A DNA stretch of 44,698 nucleotides, from the sequence record OR420686; one strand, 5' to 3'. Within the stretch, counting starts at the first letter, position 1; each line of letters opens with the position of its first letter. Under the pieces are notes generated by a model. That model was not told where the DNA came from and did no database searches. It was given only the letters and a program-made list of their open reading frames with translations. This document shows positions 7,915 through 17,560 of this stretch, one piece after another. The position numbers and the translations under genes were made by a program. Origin of the DNA: Shigella phage 1b.

Positions 7915-9057
7915 ATGCACCCGCAAACTAAAATTACCGATGAGCAATTGATCGCCGAGTTGCAATCCGGCACTACCTCGAAAGATATTGCGAAGAAATA
8001 CGGGATTGCCCTACGCAATGTTTATATGCGGAAAGCCCGCCTATCGAAAAAAGGCATTGGACACGGCAACGATGCCGTAATCCGCAAGCGCGTTGCCGAT
8101 GGCTTTGGGGTTAAGCGCGTATCGGCCCTGGTGCGCGGCAATGGCGAAGAGGTCATGTCGTGGGTCATCACGGAGCAGGACAAAGAGCGCCAACTCGAAG
8201 CCATGCGCGCTGTTGTCGAGGGTATGAACAGCGAAATCACACCGGCAGCGCCAGTAAAAGCCCCGCCAGTACCGATCCAGGCGCTCGACTTGCTCAACCT
8301 GTACACCGTATCCGACTTCCACCTGGGCATGTTGGCATGGGGCGAGGAGACTGGCGAAGACTGGGATATGGCGATCGCCGAAGACCTGTTTTACCGCTGG
8401 TTTGTTGAAGCCTTCGCCCGCGCACCGGACGCAGGCACTGCCGTAATTAATATCCTCGGTGATATGGCCCACTTTGATAGCCTCGATGCTGTCACTCCGG
8501 CAAGTGGTCACATACTGGACGCTGACACCCGCTACCAGAAACTGGTCCGATACATGATTCGCATGGTGCGCAACGTCGTCGAACTGGCGCTGCAAAAACA
8601 CCACAAAGTCAAACTGCTAATCGTCCAGGGGAATCATGACGAGTCTGGCATGATTTGGCTGGCTGAAATGTTCAATACGCTGTACGAGAACGAGCCGCGC
8701 GTTGATGTGGACACGTCCCCGGACGTATACAAAATGGTGCAACACGGCAAGACCACGCTATTCTTCCACCACGGGCACAAAGCGCGCTTCGATGCTATCG
8801 AAACCGTCATGATTTCTAAATTCAGACAGGCTTTCGGATCCAGCGAGTACAGCTACGCGCATGTAGGCCACTTGCACCACCAGAAGATTGTAGAATCCCG
8901 CAACATGATTGTTGAACAGCACCGGACCCTCGCCGCGAAAGACGCATATGCCAGCCGCGGCGGTTGGATGTCCGGTCGTAGTGCCAACGTCATCACCTAC
9001 AGCGCCAATTACGGCGAAGTGGCGCGCTTAACCATTAGCCCGGAAATGTTGAAATGA
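7915..9057 (+). CDS. calcineurin-like metallophosphoesterase with N-terminal HTH domain (380 aa)
   Basis: Metallophosphatase motifs DFHLG, GDMAHFD, GNHD, HHGH, GHLHH in canonical order; N-terminal HTH-like TSKDIAKKYGIALRNVYMRKARL. Confidence 0.75.
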   Translation: MHPQTKITDEQLIAELQSGTTSKDIAKKYGIALRNVYMRKARLSKKGIGHGNDAVIRKRVADGFGVKRVSALVRGNGEEVMSWVITEQDKERQLEAMRAVVEGMNSEITPAAPVKAPPVPIQALDLLNLYTVSDFHLGMLAWGEETGEDWDMAIAEDLFYRWFVEAFARAPDAGTAVINILGDMAHFDSLDAVTPASGHILDADTRYQKLVRYMIRMVRNVVELALQKHHKVKLLIVQGNHDESGMIWLAEMFNTLYENEPRVDVDTSPDVYKMVQHGKTTLFFHHGHKARFDAIETVMISKFRQAFGSSEYSYAHVGHLHHQKIVESRNMIVEQHRTLAAKDAYASRGGWMSGRSANVITYSANYGEVARLTISPEMLK

Positions 9058-9266
9058 TTAGACAAGTATTCATGAGCACGCAGGCCGCACGCCTGAAAGA
9101 ACTACGCAAACAACTGGAAGGATTGCGCCGATTCGAACGAACGGCAGCGGCAATAGGCATGTCTATCAGTGAGCGGATCGAGATACTATCTCAAATACGC
9201 TACACAGAAGGCGCCATACGCGAAGTAGAAAGCATGTTAACCCGATACTACGGTCGCGCCGTTTAA
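9054..9266 (+). CDS. hypothetical protein (70 aa)
   Basis: ATGA overlap with the upstream gene; terminator downstream. Confidence 0.45.
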   Translation: MIRQVFMSTQAARLKELRKQLEGLRRFERTAAAIGMSISERIEILSQIRYTEGAIREVESMLTRYYGRAV

Positions 9267-9272
9267 CCCTCC

Positions 9273-9300
9273 CAGCCCGCCGATTTGGTGGGCTTTTTTG
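9273..9300 (+). terminator. rho-independent terminator
   Basis: cagcccgcc / ggtgggc hairpin followed by TTTTTT. Confidence 0.5.
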
Positions 9301-9304
9301 TGCC

Positions 9305-9313
9305 TGTTATAAT
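9305..9313 (+). promoter_or_regulatory. extended -10 promoter element TGtTATAAT upstream of the packaging/morphogenesis genes
   Basis: Exact match to the TGnTATAAT extended -10 consensus immediately after the terminator. Confidence 0.4.
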
Positions 9314-9361
9314 CCCCTTAGATGGCAGGGCCGTCTCCTATGTTGCCGATGGTCGGCGCAT

Positions 9362-9934
9362 ATGCACAAAAGGGCTTATATCATGGCAGAAATCAAAGTT
9401 AAGGGCCGACGCGCCAAACTGGACGGACGAGTAGCGGTGACTCCGCGCCGTAAACCAGGCGAGCAAACCGAACATACCAATCTCGGACCTGAGATCGAGT
9501 ACGGCAAGCGCCGTAAAGGCGGTAAATGTGGACGCCCGACCGACTACCGCACTGTGTATTGTGACCAGCTTCGTCGCTATTTCGCCGATGCCGTAGCCTG
9601 GCAGATCAACTACTCTGACAAGGGGGCCGCGCAGGTAATACCCCGCAACAAAATGCCAACCTTCGGTCGATTTGCCGCGGAAATCGGTGTGGGCGTAGCT
9701 TGCCTGTATCGCTGGGCGCGCGCACATGAGGAGTTCGCCGAGGCGATGGCGGACGCAATGGAGTTGCAGAAAACTTTCCTGATGGAAGCTGGCGGAGTGA
9801 CCATCGCTGCGGGCTTCGCGACCTTCCTGCTTAAAGCCAACCACGGCGTACGCGACGATACCCCACTGGATGACGACGAAGATGATAACGGCGACGTCGT
9901 TGTCGAACCTACCGGCAAAGGCCAGGGCGAATAA
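9362..9934 (+). CDS. terminase small subunit
   Basis: Immediately upstream of the large terminase; HTH-like PTFGRFAAEIGVGVACLYRWA; acidic C-terminus; start ambiguous between 9362 and the ATG at 9383. Confidence 0.6.
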   Translation: MHKRAYIMAEIKVKGRRAKLDGRVAVTPRRKPGEQTEHTNLGPEIEYGKRRKGGKCGRPTDYRTVYCDQLRRYFADAVAWQINYSDKGAAQVIPRNKMPTFGRFAAEIGVGVACLYRWARAHEEFAEAMADAMELQKTFLMEAGGVTIAAGFATFLLKANHGVRDDTPLDDDEDDNGDVVVEPTGKGQGE

Positions 9935-11319
9935 TGCGTAATTATGCGGCAGAACACCGCGCACTGGAGCGCACGATCGCAAAGCGCAACCGACCACCAC
10001 GCCCGACACGCGTTGCGCAGGCCGTCCGCCTGTACCAGCCTGATTGCCTTCCGCACCAGGTCGAACTACTGCGGGACACTAAGACTAAAATCCTCGGCCT
10101 GTGCTCCGGCTTCGGGGGAGGAAAGTCGTGGGTCGCTGCGCGTAAGGTAATCCAGCTTCTGACACTTAACCCCGGTCATGATGGCATCGTTACAGAACCG
10201 ACTATTCCTCTCCTGGTCAAGATCATGTACCCGGAATTGGAAAAGGCTTTCGACGAGGCTGGCTTCCGGTGGAAGTTCAATAAGCAGGACAAGATCTACA
10301 ACGTGCTGGTGAAAGGGAAATGGACCCGCGTTATCTGTGAATCAATGGAGAACTATACCCGCCTGATCGGGGTCAACGCCGCGTGGATTGTTGCCGATGA
10401 GTTCGACACCACGAAACAAGACGTCGCGCTGGCGGCATATCACAAATTGCTCGGTCGTCTGCGTGCGGGCTTCGTCCGCCAGTTCGTCATCGTGTCCACC
10501 CCGGAAGGCTACCGGGCGATGTACCAGATTTTCGAAGTGGAGAAGGATAGCCAGAAACGCTTGATCCGGGCGAAGACCACGGACAACCACCATTTACCGG
10601 CAGACTTTATTGACACGCTGCGCAGTCAGTACCCGGCTAACCTGATTGATGCGTACCTGAACGGCCTGTTTGTTAACCTTACGTCGGGCGCGGTGTACAA
10701 GATGTTTAACCGTGAGGAGAACGCCAGCACCGAAGAAGTGCAGCCGGAAGACACGCTGATTATCGGCATGGACTTTAACGTCACGAAGATGGCGGCGGTC
10801 GTGTACGTCAGACGGCAGCGCGTCACGGAGAACAAGGAGTTCCGCGACGAGATTCACGCCGTGGATGAATTTGTGGACCTGTTTGACACCCCAGCTATGA
10901 TTGAGGCGATCGAGGAGCGCTACCCCGATCATTGTGCTGCCGGTCGTGTTGTCGTTTACCCGGATAGCAGCGGCAAATCCCGCAAGACGGTCAACGCGTC
11001 GTCGTCCGATATCGCACAACTGGAAGATGCGGGCTTCGAGGTGGAGTATGACAGTGTTAACCCGCCTGTGAAAGACCGATTGATCGCGATGAATACGATG
11101 ATGTGTAACTCGAAGGGCGTGCGCCAGTATTTTGTCAACCTGGATAAATGCCCTACACTAGCGAAATGTCTGGAACAGCAGGTGTACGACCTGAAGAAAG
11201 GCGAACCGGATAAAACTGCCGGTGTGGACCACATGAACGATGCCGCGGGCTACCCAATTGCGCACCTGTTCCCTGTGATTCGTCCAATCGCCGTTGTTCC
11301 TACCGTAGATTTCTACTAA
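9934..11319 (+). CDS. terminase large subunit (ATPase plus nuclease)
   Basis: Walker A GLCSGFGGGKS, Walker B WIVADEFD, C-terminal nuclease-like region (IIGMDFN ... YPDSSG). Confidence 0.85.
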   Translation: MRNYAAEHRALERTIAKRNRPPRPTRVAQAVRLYQPDCLPHQVELLRDTKTKILGLCSGFGGGKSWVAARKVIQLLTLNPGHDGIVTEPTIPLLVKIMYPELEKAFDEAGFRWKFNKQDKIYNVLVKGKWTRVICESMENYTRLIGVNAAWIVADEFDTTKQDVALAAYHKLLGRLRAGFVRQFVIVSTPEGYRAMYQIFEVEKDSQKRLIRAKTTDNHHLPADFIDTLRSQYPANLIDAYLNGLFVNLTSGAVYKMFNREENASTEEVQPEDTLIIGMDFNVTKMAAVVYVRRQRVTENKEFRDEIHAVDEFVDLFDTPAMIEAIEERYPDHCAAGRVVVYPDSSGKSRKTVNASSSDIAQLEDAGFEVEYDSVNPPVKDRLIAMNTMMCNSKGVRQYFVNLDKCPTLAKCLEQQVYDLKKGEPDKTAGVDHMNDAAGYPIAHLFPVIRPIAVVPTVDFY

Positions 11320-11330
11320 GGAAACCGACC

Positions 11331-12851
11331 ATGACCGTTAACGTTGACAACCAGCACCCACTTTATGCGCGCATCGCGCCAGAGTGGAAAATGATCCGTG
11401 ACTGCGTAGCGGGGGAGCGCGCCGTTAAGGCGTGCGGCCCCTTGTACCTGCCACACCCCGCAAGCGGCGACACCACCGACCCGAAATCACGGGCACGGTA
11501 TAATGCGTATAAGCAACGTGCGGTATTCCTGAACGCCACCGCCCGCACACTGAATGCACTGTTAGGCGTTGCCTTCGCCAAACCGGTGAGTATGGACCTT
11601 TCCGGGGCGATGGCTGACCTGATTGATGACGTTGACGGCAGCGGTATGCCGCTGGCGCAACTCCTGCGCGGTGCTATGTCTGAAGTTCTGCAATCAGGCC
11701 GTGCCGGTTTTATGGTCGACTACGACCGCCAGGCGCATTTTGACGAACTGGGTAACGTAGTACCGCAGACCGCCGCTGAAATGACAGCACACCGCCCGCT
11801 CATCCGCCTGTATACGGCTGAACAGATCATTAACTGGCGGCAGACCCACGGGGTCGACACGCTAATCGTGCTGAAGGAGACGGACGAAATCAGCACCGAA
11901 GACCCGGACGACTTCGCAAACCACGAAGTAACTATCTGGACTGAGCTTCGCATGATTTCAGGAAAGGCCCACGCCCGCCGCTGGTTTTACAACGCGGACA
12001 CGTCCGAGGTGCAAATGGACTTGCCGCGTGGATTCACCCGCACCGATCTTGTACCGCTGGTGGATGCCTCCGGTAATGCGCTAACTCAACTGCCATTTTG
12101 CTGGTGTGGCGCGGTGGACAACAACGCGACACCGGACGCCGCACCACTGGCGGATATCGCGTCCATCAACATTAAGCACTACAACGCCGAAGCCGACGTC
12201 GCCGAGATTGCGCACATCGTGGGGCAACCTACCCTCATTGCGACCGGTCTGACTCAATCATGGGCGGACAAGAACCTGAAAGGCGGCATCGCGCTCGGGG
12301 CAACTAAGGGCGTTATCCTGGGCCAGAACATGGACGCCAAACTGCTTCAGGCGGAGGAGCGCAACTTGTCTGTTGCACTGTGTGAGCGCCGCGAATTGCA
12401 AATGGCTAAACTGGGCGCGGCCCTGGTCGAGAAGGGGACCGCACCTAAGACGGCAACCGAGGCGGCCTACGATGCGCAGACAGATAACAGTATCCTGTCA
12501 CTGATTGCCGGTAACGTTGAGAAGGCTTTCAACCGTGCGCTGCAAATCGTCAAGCTGTTCACTGGCGACACCGCAGATCAACGCGTAACGCTGAATAAGT
12601 TCTACACCGAAATCACGGTTGACGCACAGCTTATGACCGCAATGATGTCGGGGGTGCAGACCGGTACTATCCGTCTGGCTGACTTTATCAAGTGGATGAT
12701 GGCCCAGGGCGTTATTGACGACTCGCAAACCGTCGAGCAGGTGGAAGACGAACTGCGAAATCAGAATCCATTGCCTCAAATGTCCCCTGATGCGGTAGAA
12801 TCTACCGAAGAAGACCCGGACAAGGTAGCGGACAATGGCGAAGACAATTAA
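11331..12851 (+). CDS. portal protein
   Basis: 506 aa ORF directly after the large terminase; AAGGAA RBS; acidic C-terminus; assigned by position and size. Confidence 0.6.
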   Translation: MTVNVDNQHPLYARIAPEWKMIRDCVAGERAVKACGPLYLPHPASGDTTDPKSRARYNAYKQRAVFLNATARTLNALLGVAFAKPVSMDLSGAMADLIDDVDGSGMPLAQLLRGAMSEVLQSGRAGFMVDYDRQAHFDELGNVVPQTAAEMTAHRPLIRLYTAEQIINWRQTHGVDTLIVLKETDEISTEDPDDFANHEVTIWTELRMISGKAHARRWFYNADTSEVQMDLPRGFTRTDLVPLVDASGNALTQLPFCWCGAVDNNATPDAAPLADIASINIKHYNAEADVAEIAHIVGQPTLIATGLTQSWADKNLKGGIALGATKGVILGQNMDAKLLQAEERNLSVALCERRELQMAKLGAALVEKGTAPKTATEAAYDAQTDNSILSLIAGNVEKAFNRALQIVKLFTGDTADQRVTLNKFYTEITVDAQLMTAMMSGVQTGTIRLADFIKWMMAQGVIDDSQTVEQVEDELRNQNPLPQMSPDAVESTEEDPDKVADNGEDN

Positions 12852-13938
12852 TCAATATATGGCGGATCGAATGATCCGCCGACACATCTTCACCCAGCGC
12901 CTGAGCAATGACCAGGCGCGAAGGGTGCTTGCTATGTGGGAGAAGTTCCGGCCCACGTTACTGGGTAAGCTGACCGAGTTACTTGATGGCAAAAAGTCCA
13001 TGAACAACAAGGCACTTACCACTTTGTTAACGCAACTCGACAAGACCGTTAAAGCAGAATTGCGCACCGAGTTTAAGTCGTTGGCGGAAAGCCTTCAGGA
13101 GTTTGCCGACACCGAGGCCGATTATCTCGCCGACACATTGACGGCAGCGATCCAGCCGGTGGTCGCCGTACCTGCGGTCGAGGTGGTTGGCGTAGTGACC
13201 GGTGCGCAGATCGCAGCTACGGCAATGAAAAACCCGTTCCAGGGTAATACGATGATGCAATGGCCTGACTCACTTTCTGAGTGGACCAGGACGCAGATCG
13301 GCAATCAGGTGCGCGCCGGATTCATCCAGGGCAAGCCGACTATGGAAATTATTGCGGACGTGAGGCGCGCGCTAGGCGGTCGTAGTGCGCAAGCTATCTC
13401 GAGCGTTGTTAAATCCGCAGTAAACCACTATGCGGCGACGGCCCGCGAACTAATGGTAAAAGCAAATGACGATATTCTCGAAGGTCGCCAATGGTTATCT
13501 ACATTGGACACGCATACTTCTCCCATGTGCCAGCTACGCGATCGCCTGTTTTATCCGGTTGATGTTACTCCCGATACGAAAGGGAAGCGAGGTGGGAAAG
13601 TGGTGGCGGGGTCACAATATGGCGCTGGTCCGGGCAAGCTACATTATTGCTGCCGTTCGACGGAGACGTGGAAAGTCAAAGGCATGGAAGATTGGCCCAG
13701 TGGTAAGCGTCCGGCACTGAAGGCCGACGCAGGCAGATTGCTGAGTGAGCAAGTCGACGCGCAGACTGATTTCTTCTCATGGGTGCAGCGCCAGCCGCGC
13801 CATATCCTGGAGGAATTATATGGAGTGCAACGCGCCGACCAGATTATGCGCGGCGTGAAAGTGCCGAAGATGTTTACCGATTCTGGCGAACTGATGACTA
13901 TCGCACAGCTTAAAAACCGGGGGTTATGGCGTGATTAA
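12835..13938 (+). CDS. head morphogenesis protein (minor head protein, Mu F-like)
   Basis: 367 aa ORF after the portal gene; assigned by position. Confidence 0.45.
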   Translation: MAKTINQYMADRMIRRHIFTQRLSNDQARRVLAMWEKFRPTLLGKLTELLDGKKSMNNKALTTLLTQLDKTVKAELRTEFKSLAESLQEFADTEADYLADTLTAAIQPVVAVPAVEVVGVVTGAQIAATAMKNPFQGNTMMQWPDSLSEWTRTQIGNQVRAGFIQGKPTMEIIADVRRALGGRSAQAISSVVKSAVNHYAATARELMVKANDDILEGRQWLSTLDTHTSPMCQLRDRLFYPVDVTPDTKGKRGGKVVAGSQYGAGPGKLHYCCRSTETWKVKGMEDWPSGKRPALKADAGRLLSEQVDAQTDFFSWVQRQPRHILEELYGVQRADQIMRGVKVPKMFTDSGELMTIAQLKNRGLWRD

Positions 13939-14239
13939 ATATGCAGCGATCGGACTGGTTATCGGTCTGGTGGTAGGATTCTGGCAGGGCGATTCCTATC
14001 GCGCTGGCGTAGTGGCGAGAGCGGCGCAAGAAGCGCAAGCGAAAGCCCAACGGCAGCAAACTAAGGTCGTCGAGGGGTCTGTGCAGGCCGAACAGGCCCG
14101 CGACGTGGAATATCGGACTATCACGAAAGAGGTTGTGAAATATGTTACGCGTCCTAACCGTACTGATTGCCGTTTTGATGATGAGCGCGTGCGGATCAAG
14201 CAACGTGCCATCGACGCCGCTAACAGAGTCGGTCTATAG
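13931..14239 (+). CDS. i-spanin (Rz-like), putative
   Basis: GTG start; N-terminal transmembrane helix (IKYAAIGLVIGLVVGFW) then Ala/Gln-rich helical periplasmic domain; partner lipoprotein gene overlaps out of frame. Confidence 0.55.
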   Translation: MIKYAAIGLVIGLVVGFWQGDSYRAGVVARAAQEAQAKAQRQQTKVVEGSVQAEQARDVEYRTITKEVVKYVTRPNRTDCRFDDERVRIKQRAIDAANRVGL

Positions 14240-14372
14240 ACCGCCTTGCACCTTTGAGAATGCCTCGGCAGATCCAGACGAAGACTTGCTGGTTGATGTT
14301 AAGAATATGGAGTGTGGTGCTAAGCTGAGGGCGCAGGTCCTGGAGTTGCAGCAAATAATTAAGGGGCCGTAA
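14142..14372 (+). CDS. o-spanin (Rz1-like outer-membrane lipoprotein), putative
   Basis: Signal peptide with lipobox LMMSAC-G; Pro-rich mature region; starts inside the i-spanin gene in another frame (overlapped architecture). Confidence 0.55.
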   Translation: MLRVLTVLIAVLMMSACGSSNVPSTPLTESVYRPPCTFENASADPDEDLLVDVKNMECGAKLRAQVLELQQIIKGP

Positions 14373-14384
14373 TGGCCCCTTTTT
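14364..14384. terminator. GC-rich hairpin between convergent genes, with T-run on the plus strand
   Basis: ggggccgtaatggcccc followed by ttttt; lies between the o-spanin stop and the stop of the minus-strand gene 14387..15151. Confidence 0.6.
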
Positions 14385-14386
14385 CG

Positions 14387-15151
14387 TTAGCGCGGAATAC
14401 CGCAAATCTCGTTGAGAGTTTTCACATCCAGCGCCACCGCCGTGGACTTCGGCTTGTCCGGGTAAGGGATGAATTGCTCAACTTCAGGCCATGCATTAAT
14501 CAGCTTCGTATCGGTATTGTGCATATCCAGCACGCCGGTAACAGTTAGTTTGAACGCGTCATACTTAGCCCGCAACTCACGGCGGGCCTTGTCGTTACGG
14601 TCCAGGCGCTTGCAGAAATCATGGTCCGCCGGGTAGTCTACGCGACCGCGCGGAAGATATATCGGCAGCGATTTTCCGTCCTCGTCCACTTCGCACACTG
14701 AAGCCAGCATAACTTCCTCGTACCCCGGTACGATATCGCCGAGATCGGGAGATAGCTTATTCATGTATTTATATTCCCAGTATCCGCGATGTACGCGGTA
14801 TTGGCGACCGTCACCGCTCATGGACAAGGTGCGCACATTTCCGCCTGCGTTGATTTCGAAAGTGGCGTCATAAACGCTGCCGATACCGTTCGGGCTGTCG
14901 GCGTCATAACGATACGTCGCCTTGTTGGTGTAGACGCAGACGCAGTACATTGGCGACTTGGCACCTTCTAGTGCTTCAATATATGCGCGTAACTCGGCGA
15001 ACGTGCGAATGCCTTCCGGCATACAGTCCAGCGTAATGGCATAAGCCAGGTCGCGCGAGTCCACCATGATTTGTTTGGCTTCGGTTGCGATTTCATGGTC
15101 GCGCAGGATGTTAGCCAGGATCTGATTTTTAATGACTTTCGTCAGTCTCAT
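14387..15151 (-). CDS. hypothetical protein (254 aa), opposite strand to the surrounding morphogenesis genes
   Basis: Long ORF with GAGGA RBS; no recognisable motif. Confidence 0.6.
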   Translation of the reverse strand: MRLTKVIKNQILANILRDHEIATEAKQIMVDSRDLAYAITLDCMPEGIRTFAELRAYIEALEGAKSPMYCVCVYTNKATYRYDADSPNGIGSVYDATFEINAGGNVRTLSMSGDGRQYRVHRGYWEYKYMNKLSPDLGDIVPGYEEVMLASVCEVDEDGKSLPIYLPRGRVDYPADHDFCKRLDRNDKARRELRAKYDAFKLTVTGVLDMHNTDTKLINAWPEVEQFIPYPDKPKSTAVALDVKTLNEICGIPR

Positions 15152-15190
15152 TTTTATGTCCTCATTTTAGGGGCTTCCGCCCCGTTTGGT

Positions 15191-15505
15191 TTAGTTGAAT
15201 TTGATGTTGCCGCCGGTGGAAGTTAAGCGAGCACATACAGCTTCAACGGCATCGACGCACATGAAATCGTTAAAGGCTTCGACCAGGGCGTTAATGAAAG
15301 ATGCCGGAACCAGGCCGCAAGCCGGATTATCGAATGTCGCGGAGTTGATCGCCGCTTTTGCCGCTTCGGAAGCATTCATGCTCTGGCACAGATTCAGCGC
15401 TTCCGCGTTACGCATTGCGTGAAAGGTAAAGGTATTCGCTACGGTAGCTTTATTGAAACGGGCCATTGCGGCGTCTACTGGAGTTGCTACGGTCATGTTA
15501 GTCAT
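15191..15505 (-). CDS. hypothetical Ala-rich protein (104 aa), first gene of the divergent two-gene unit
   Basis: Track ORF trimmed to the ATG at 15505, which has an AAGGAA RBS; promoter-like block upstream. Confidence 0.55.
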   Translation of the reverse strand: MTNMTVATPVDAAMARFNKATVANTFTFHAMRNAEALNLCQSMNASEAAKAAINSATFDNPACGLVPASFINALVEAFNDFMCVDAVEAVCARLTSTGGNIKFN

Positions 15506-15540
15506 CTTGTTTTCCTTCATATCTCTGTTGGTGTGCAACC

Positions 15541-15570
15541 AATATAGCGCAACCAACTCCCGCAGTGCAA
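15541..15570 (-). promoter_or_regulatory. sigma70-like promoter (TTGCAC-N18-TATATT) for the minus-strand two-gene unit
   Basis: Read on the reverse complement; shares the block TATATTGGTTGCACACCAAC with the promoter at 4314-4342. Confidence 0.45.
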
Positions 15571-15660
15571 GCGAATTTTGCGATTATTTTTATCGCTGAT
15601 AATATTAGAAGCGTGAAGTCGAGCGGGTGGCCTGCTCTGCCACAATCCCAGGGGGATAGC

Positions 15661-16362
15661 ATGAAACTTACTAAAGCAGAATATGACGCGTTGCCGGAAG
15701 GTATGAAGGCGCTTTTTGTTGCCGATGGCGACGGGTATAAATCAACGTTCATGACCGCAGAAGAAGTACAGGCGGAAATCAAGGGTCTGAAAGACAACAA
15801 CGCTAAGCTGGTGAGCGAGAAGAAAGCAGAAGCCGAACGCCGCGCCGAAGCTGAGCGCCTTGCGAAAGAGAAAGAGGAAGCCGCCGCGCGCAAAAATGGC
15901 GACCTCGAAGCGATCGACAAGTCCTGGAAAGATAAGTTTGCGAAACACGAAGCAGACACATCGGGAAAAATCGAAGCCTACCGCAAGCAGATCCACGATC
16001 TAACCATCGGCAGCGCTGCCAAAGACCTGGCATCGAAGCTATTCGGTAAGAATGCCGGGATCATGCAACGCCACGTAATGGACCGACTGACGCTGGAAGA
16101 CGGCGAAGACGGCAGCTTGAAAGTGCGGGTATTGCAGGATGGTAAACCGTCCGCGCTGACTATGGAAGAGCTTGAAAAAGAGTTCCGTAATAACGCCGAT
16201 TTTGCATCCGTCCTGGCAGGCACGCCAGCCGGTGGCGTGCCGAGCAAACCGACGCAGGTCGTCGAAGATGTGAAGTCTAAAATCACTATGGGCCACAGCT
16301 TCGGCATCACTGACTTAACGAAACAGGCCGGTGAAATCATCGCTAAAATGGGCGACGAGTAA
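15661..16362 (+). CDS. scaffolding protein, putative
   Basis: Track ORF trimmed to the ATG at 15661 (AGGGGGA RBS); charged coiled-coil sequence (KAEAERRAEAERLAKEKEEAAARK); immediately upstream of the major capsid gene. Confidence 0.5.
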   Translation: MKLTKAEYDALPEGMKALFVADGDGYKSTFMTAEEVQAEIKGLKDNNAKLVSEKKAEAERRAEAERLAKEKEEAAARKNGDLEAIDKSWKDKFAKHEADTSGKIEAYRKQIHDLTIGSAAKDLASKLFGKNAGIMQRHVMDRLTLEDGEDGSLKVRVLQDGKPSALTMEELEKEFRNNADFASVLAGTPAGGVPSKPTQVVEDVKSKITMGHSFGITDLTKQAGEIIAKMGDE

Positions 16363-16459
16363 GCACATTGCCCGCGAAAGCGGGCGATTTTGCGAGCGCG
16401 TAAATCTAAGGTAACATTAACGGTACTGGGCGAATGCTCACAACTCAAAGGATTTCGAT

Positions 16460-17560
16460 ATGTCATTAACAGTGTTCCAGCGTAAACTCGTTACCGCGGT
16501 TACGCAAATGATCCCCGACAACCTGAACGTGTTCAACGCTGCCGCTAACGGTGCTGTTGTTCTCGGCACGGGTGAAGTGCTGAAGGACGTTGTAGAAAAA
16601 ATGTCCGTAGGCTTGATCGCCAACCTCGTTACCGACCGTAACGCCTACGCCCCTGTAGGTACTCCGGCGACCGCAAAAGTGCTGGCGCGTATGCTGACCA
16701 ACTCCGTTAACCTTTCCGCGAAAGTGGGTCCGGTAGCAATCACGAAGGCCATGATGGCTAAAATCGAAACCAACGTTAACAGCGTTGCGGCTGAGATTGC
16801 GGCGCAGGCCACTCAAGCGATTTTGCTGCATTACCTGAAAGCGGGTATCGGTGCTGGTAAAGCGGCGATCGAAAGCAACGCAGCGGCAAAATACACCCAA
16901 CCGGCGCGCGTTGACGGCGTTGGCGGTCGTACCTTCCCGACCCTGGCAGACTTCCCGCTGGCGGCTTCTAAGTTCGGCGATCAGGCGTCTTTGATTAAGT
17001 CCTGGTTTATGGACGGCGTTACCTGGGCAAACTTCATTGCGTACCAGGCACTCCCTTCCGCTGAACAGGTATTCGCGATTGGCGACCTCCAGGTAATGGG
17101 CGATGGCCTGGGCCGTCGCTTCATTATCTCCGATGCCGCTGCCGATGCTATGGGTGCCGGTAACATGCTGGGTCTGGTCCCTGGCGCGGTTGCAGTTACC
17201 ACCAATGGTCTTGATATGCTGGCGCAGGAAAAAGGCGGCAACGAGAACATTGAGCGCTGGTGGCAGGGTGAGTTCGACTTCAACGTGGCTGTTAAAGGCT
17301 ATCGTCTGAAGGCGTCCGCTCGTACTCCGATCGAAGGTGTACGCTCGTTCAAACTGGACGATATCACCACTAAGGATAACTGGGAACTGGACCAGGGCCA
17401 GGTAGACAACGCACCGGCAACCGTTCAAGATGTTGGCGCGGTTGGTGACGGCGATACTAAAGGCCGTCGTAAAACCCAGGCTGCGCAGGCAGTGCCTACC
17501 CGTCACATCAAGGAAACGGCGGGCGTACTGGTTACGCTGACTGCGACTACCGCGTCTTAA
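16460..17560 (+). CDS. major capsid protein, putative
   Basis: 366 aa ORF after the scaffold gene; AAAGGA RBS; strong terminator downstream; assigned by position and size. Confidence 0.6.
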   Translation: MSLTVFQRKLVTAVTQMIPDNLNVFNAAANGAVVLGTGEVLKDVVEKMSVGLIANLVTDRNAYAPVGTPATAKVLARMLTNSVNLSAKVGPVAITKAMMAKIETNVNSVAAEIAAQATQAILLHYLKAGIGAGKAAIESNAAAKYTQPARVDGVGGRTFPTLADFPLAASKFGDQASLIKSWFMDGVTWANFIAYQALPSAEQVFAIGDLQVMGDGLGRRFIISDAAADAMGAGNMLGLVPGAVAVTTNGLDMLAQEKGGNENIERWWQGEFDFNVAVKGYRLKASARTPIEGVRSFKLDDITTKDNWELDQGQVDNAPATVQDVGAVGDGDTKGRRKTQAAQAVPTRHIKETAGVLVTLTATTAS

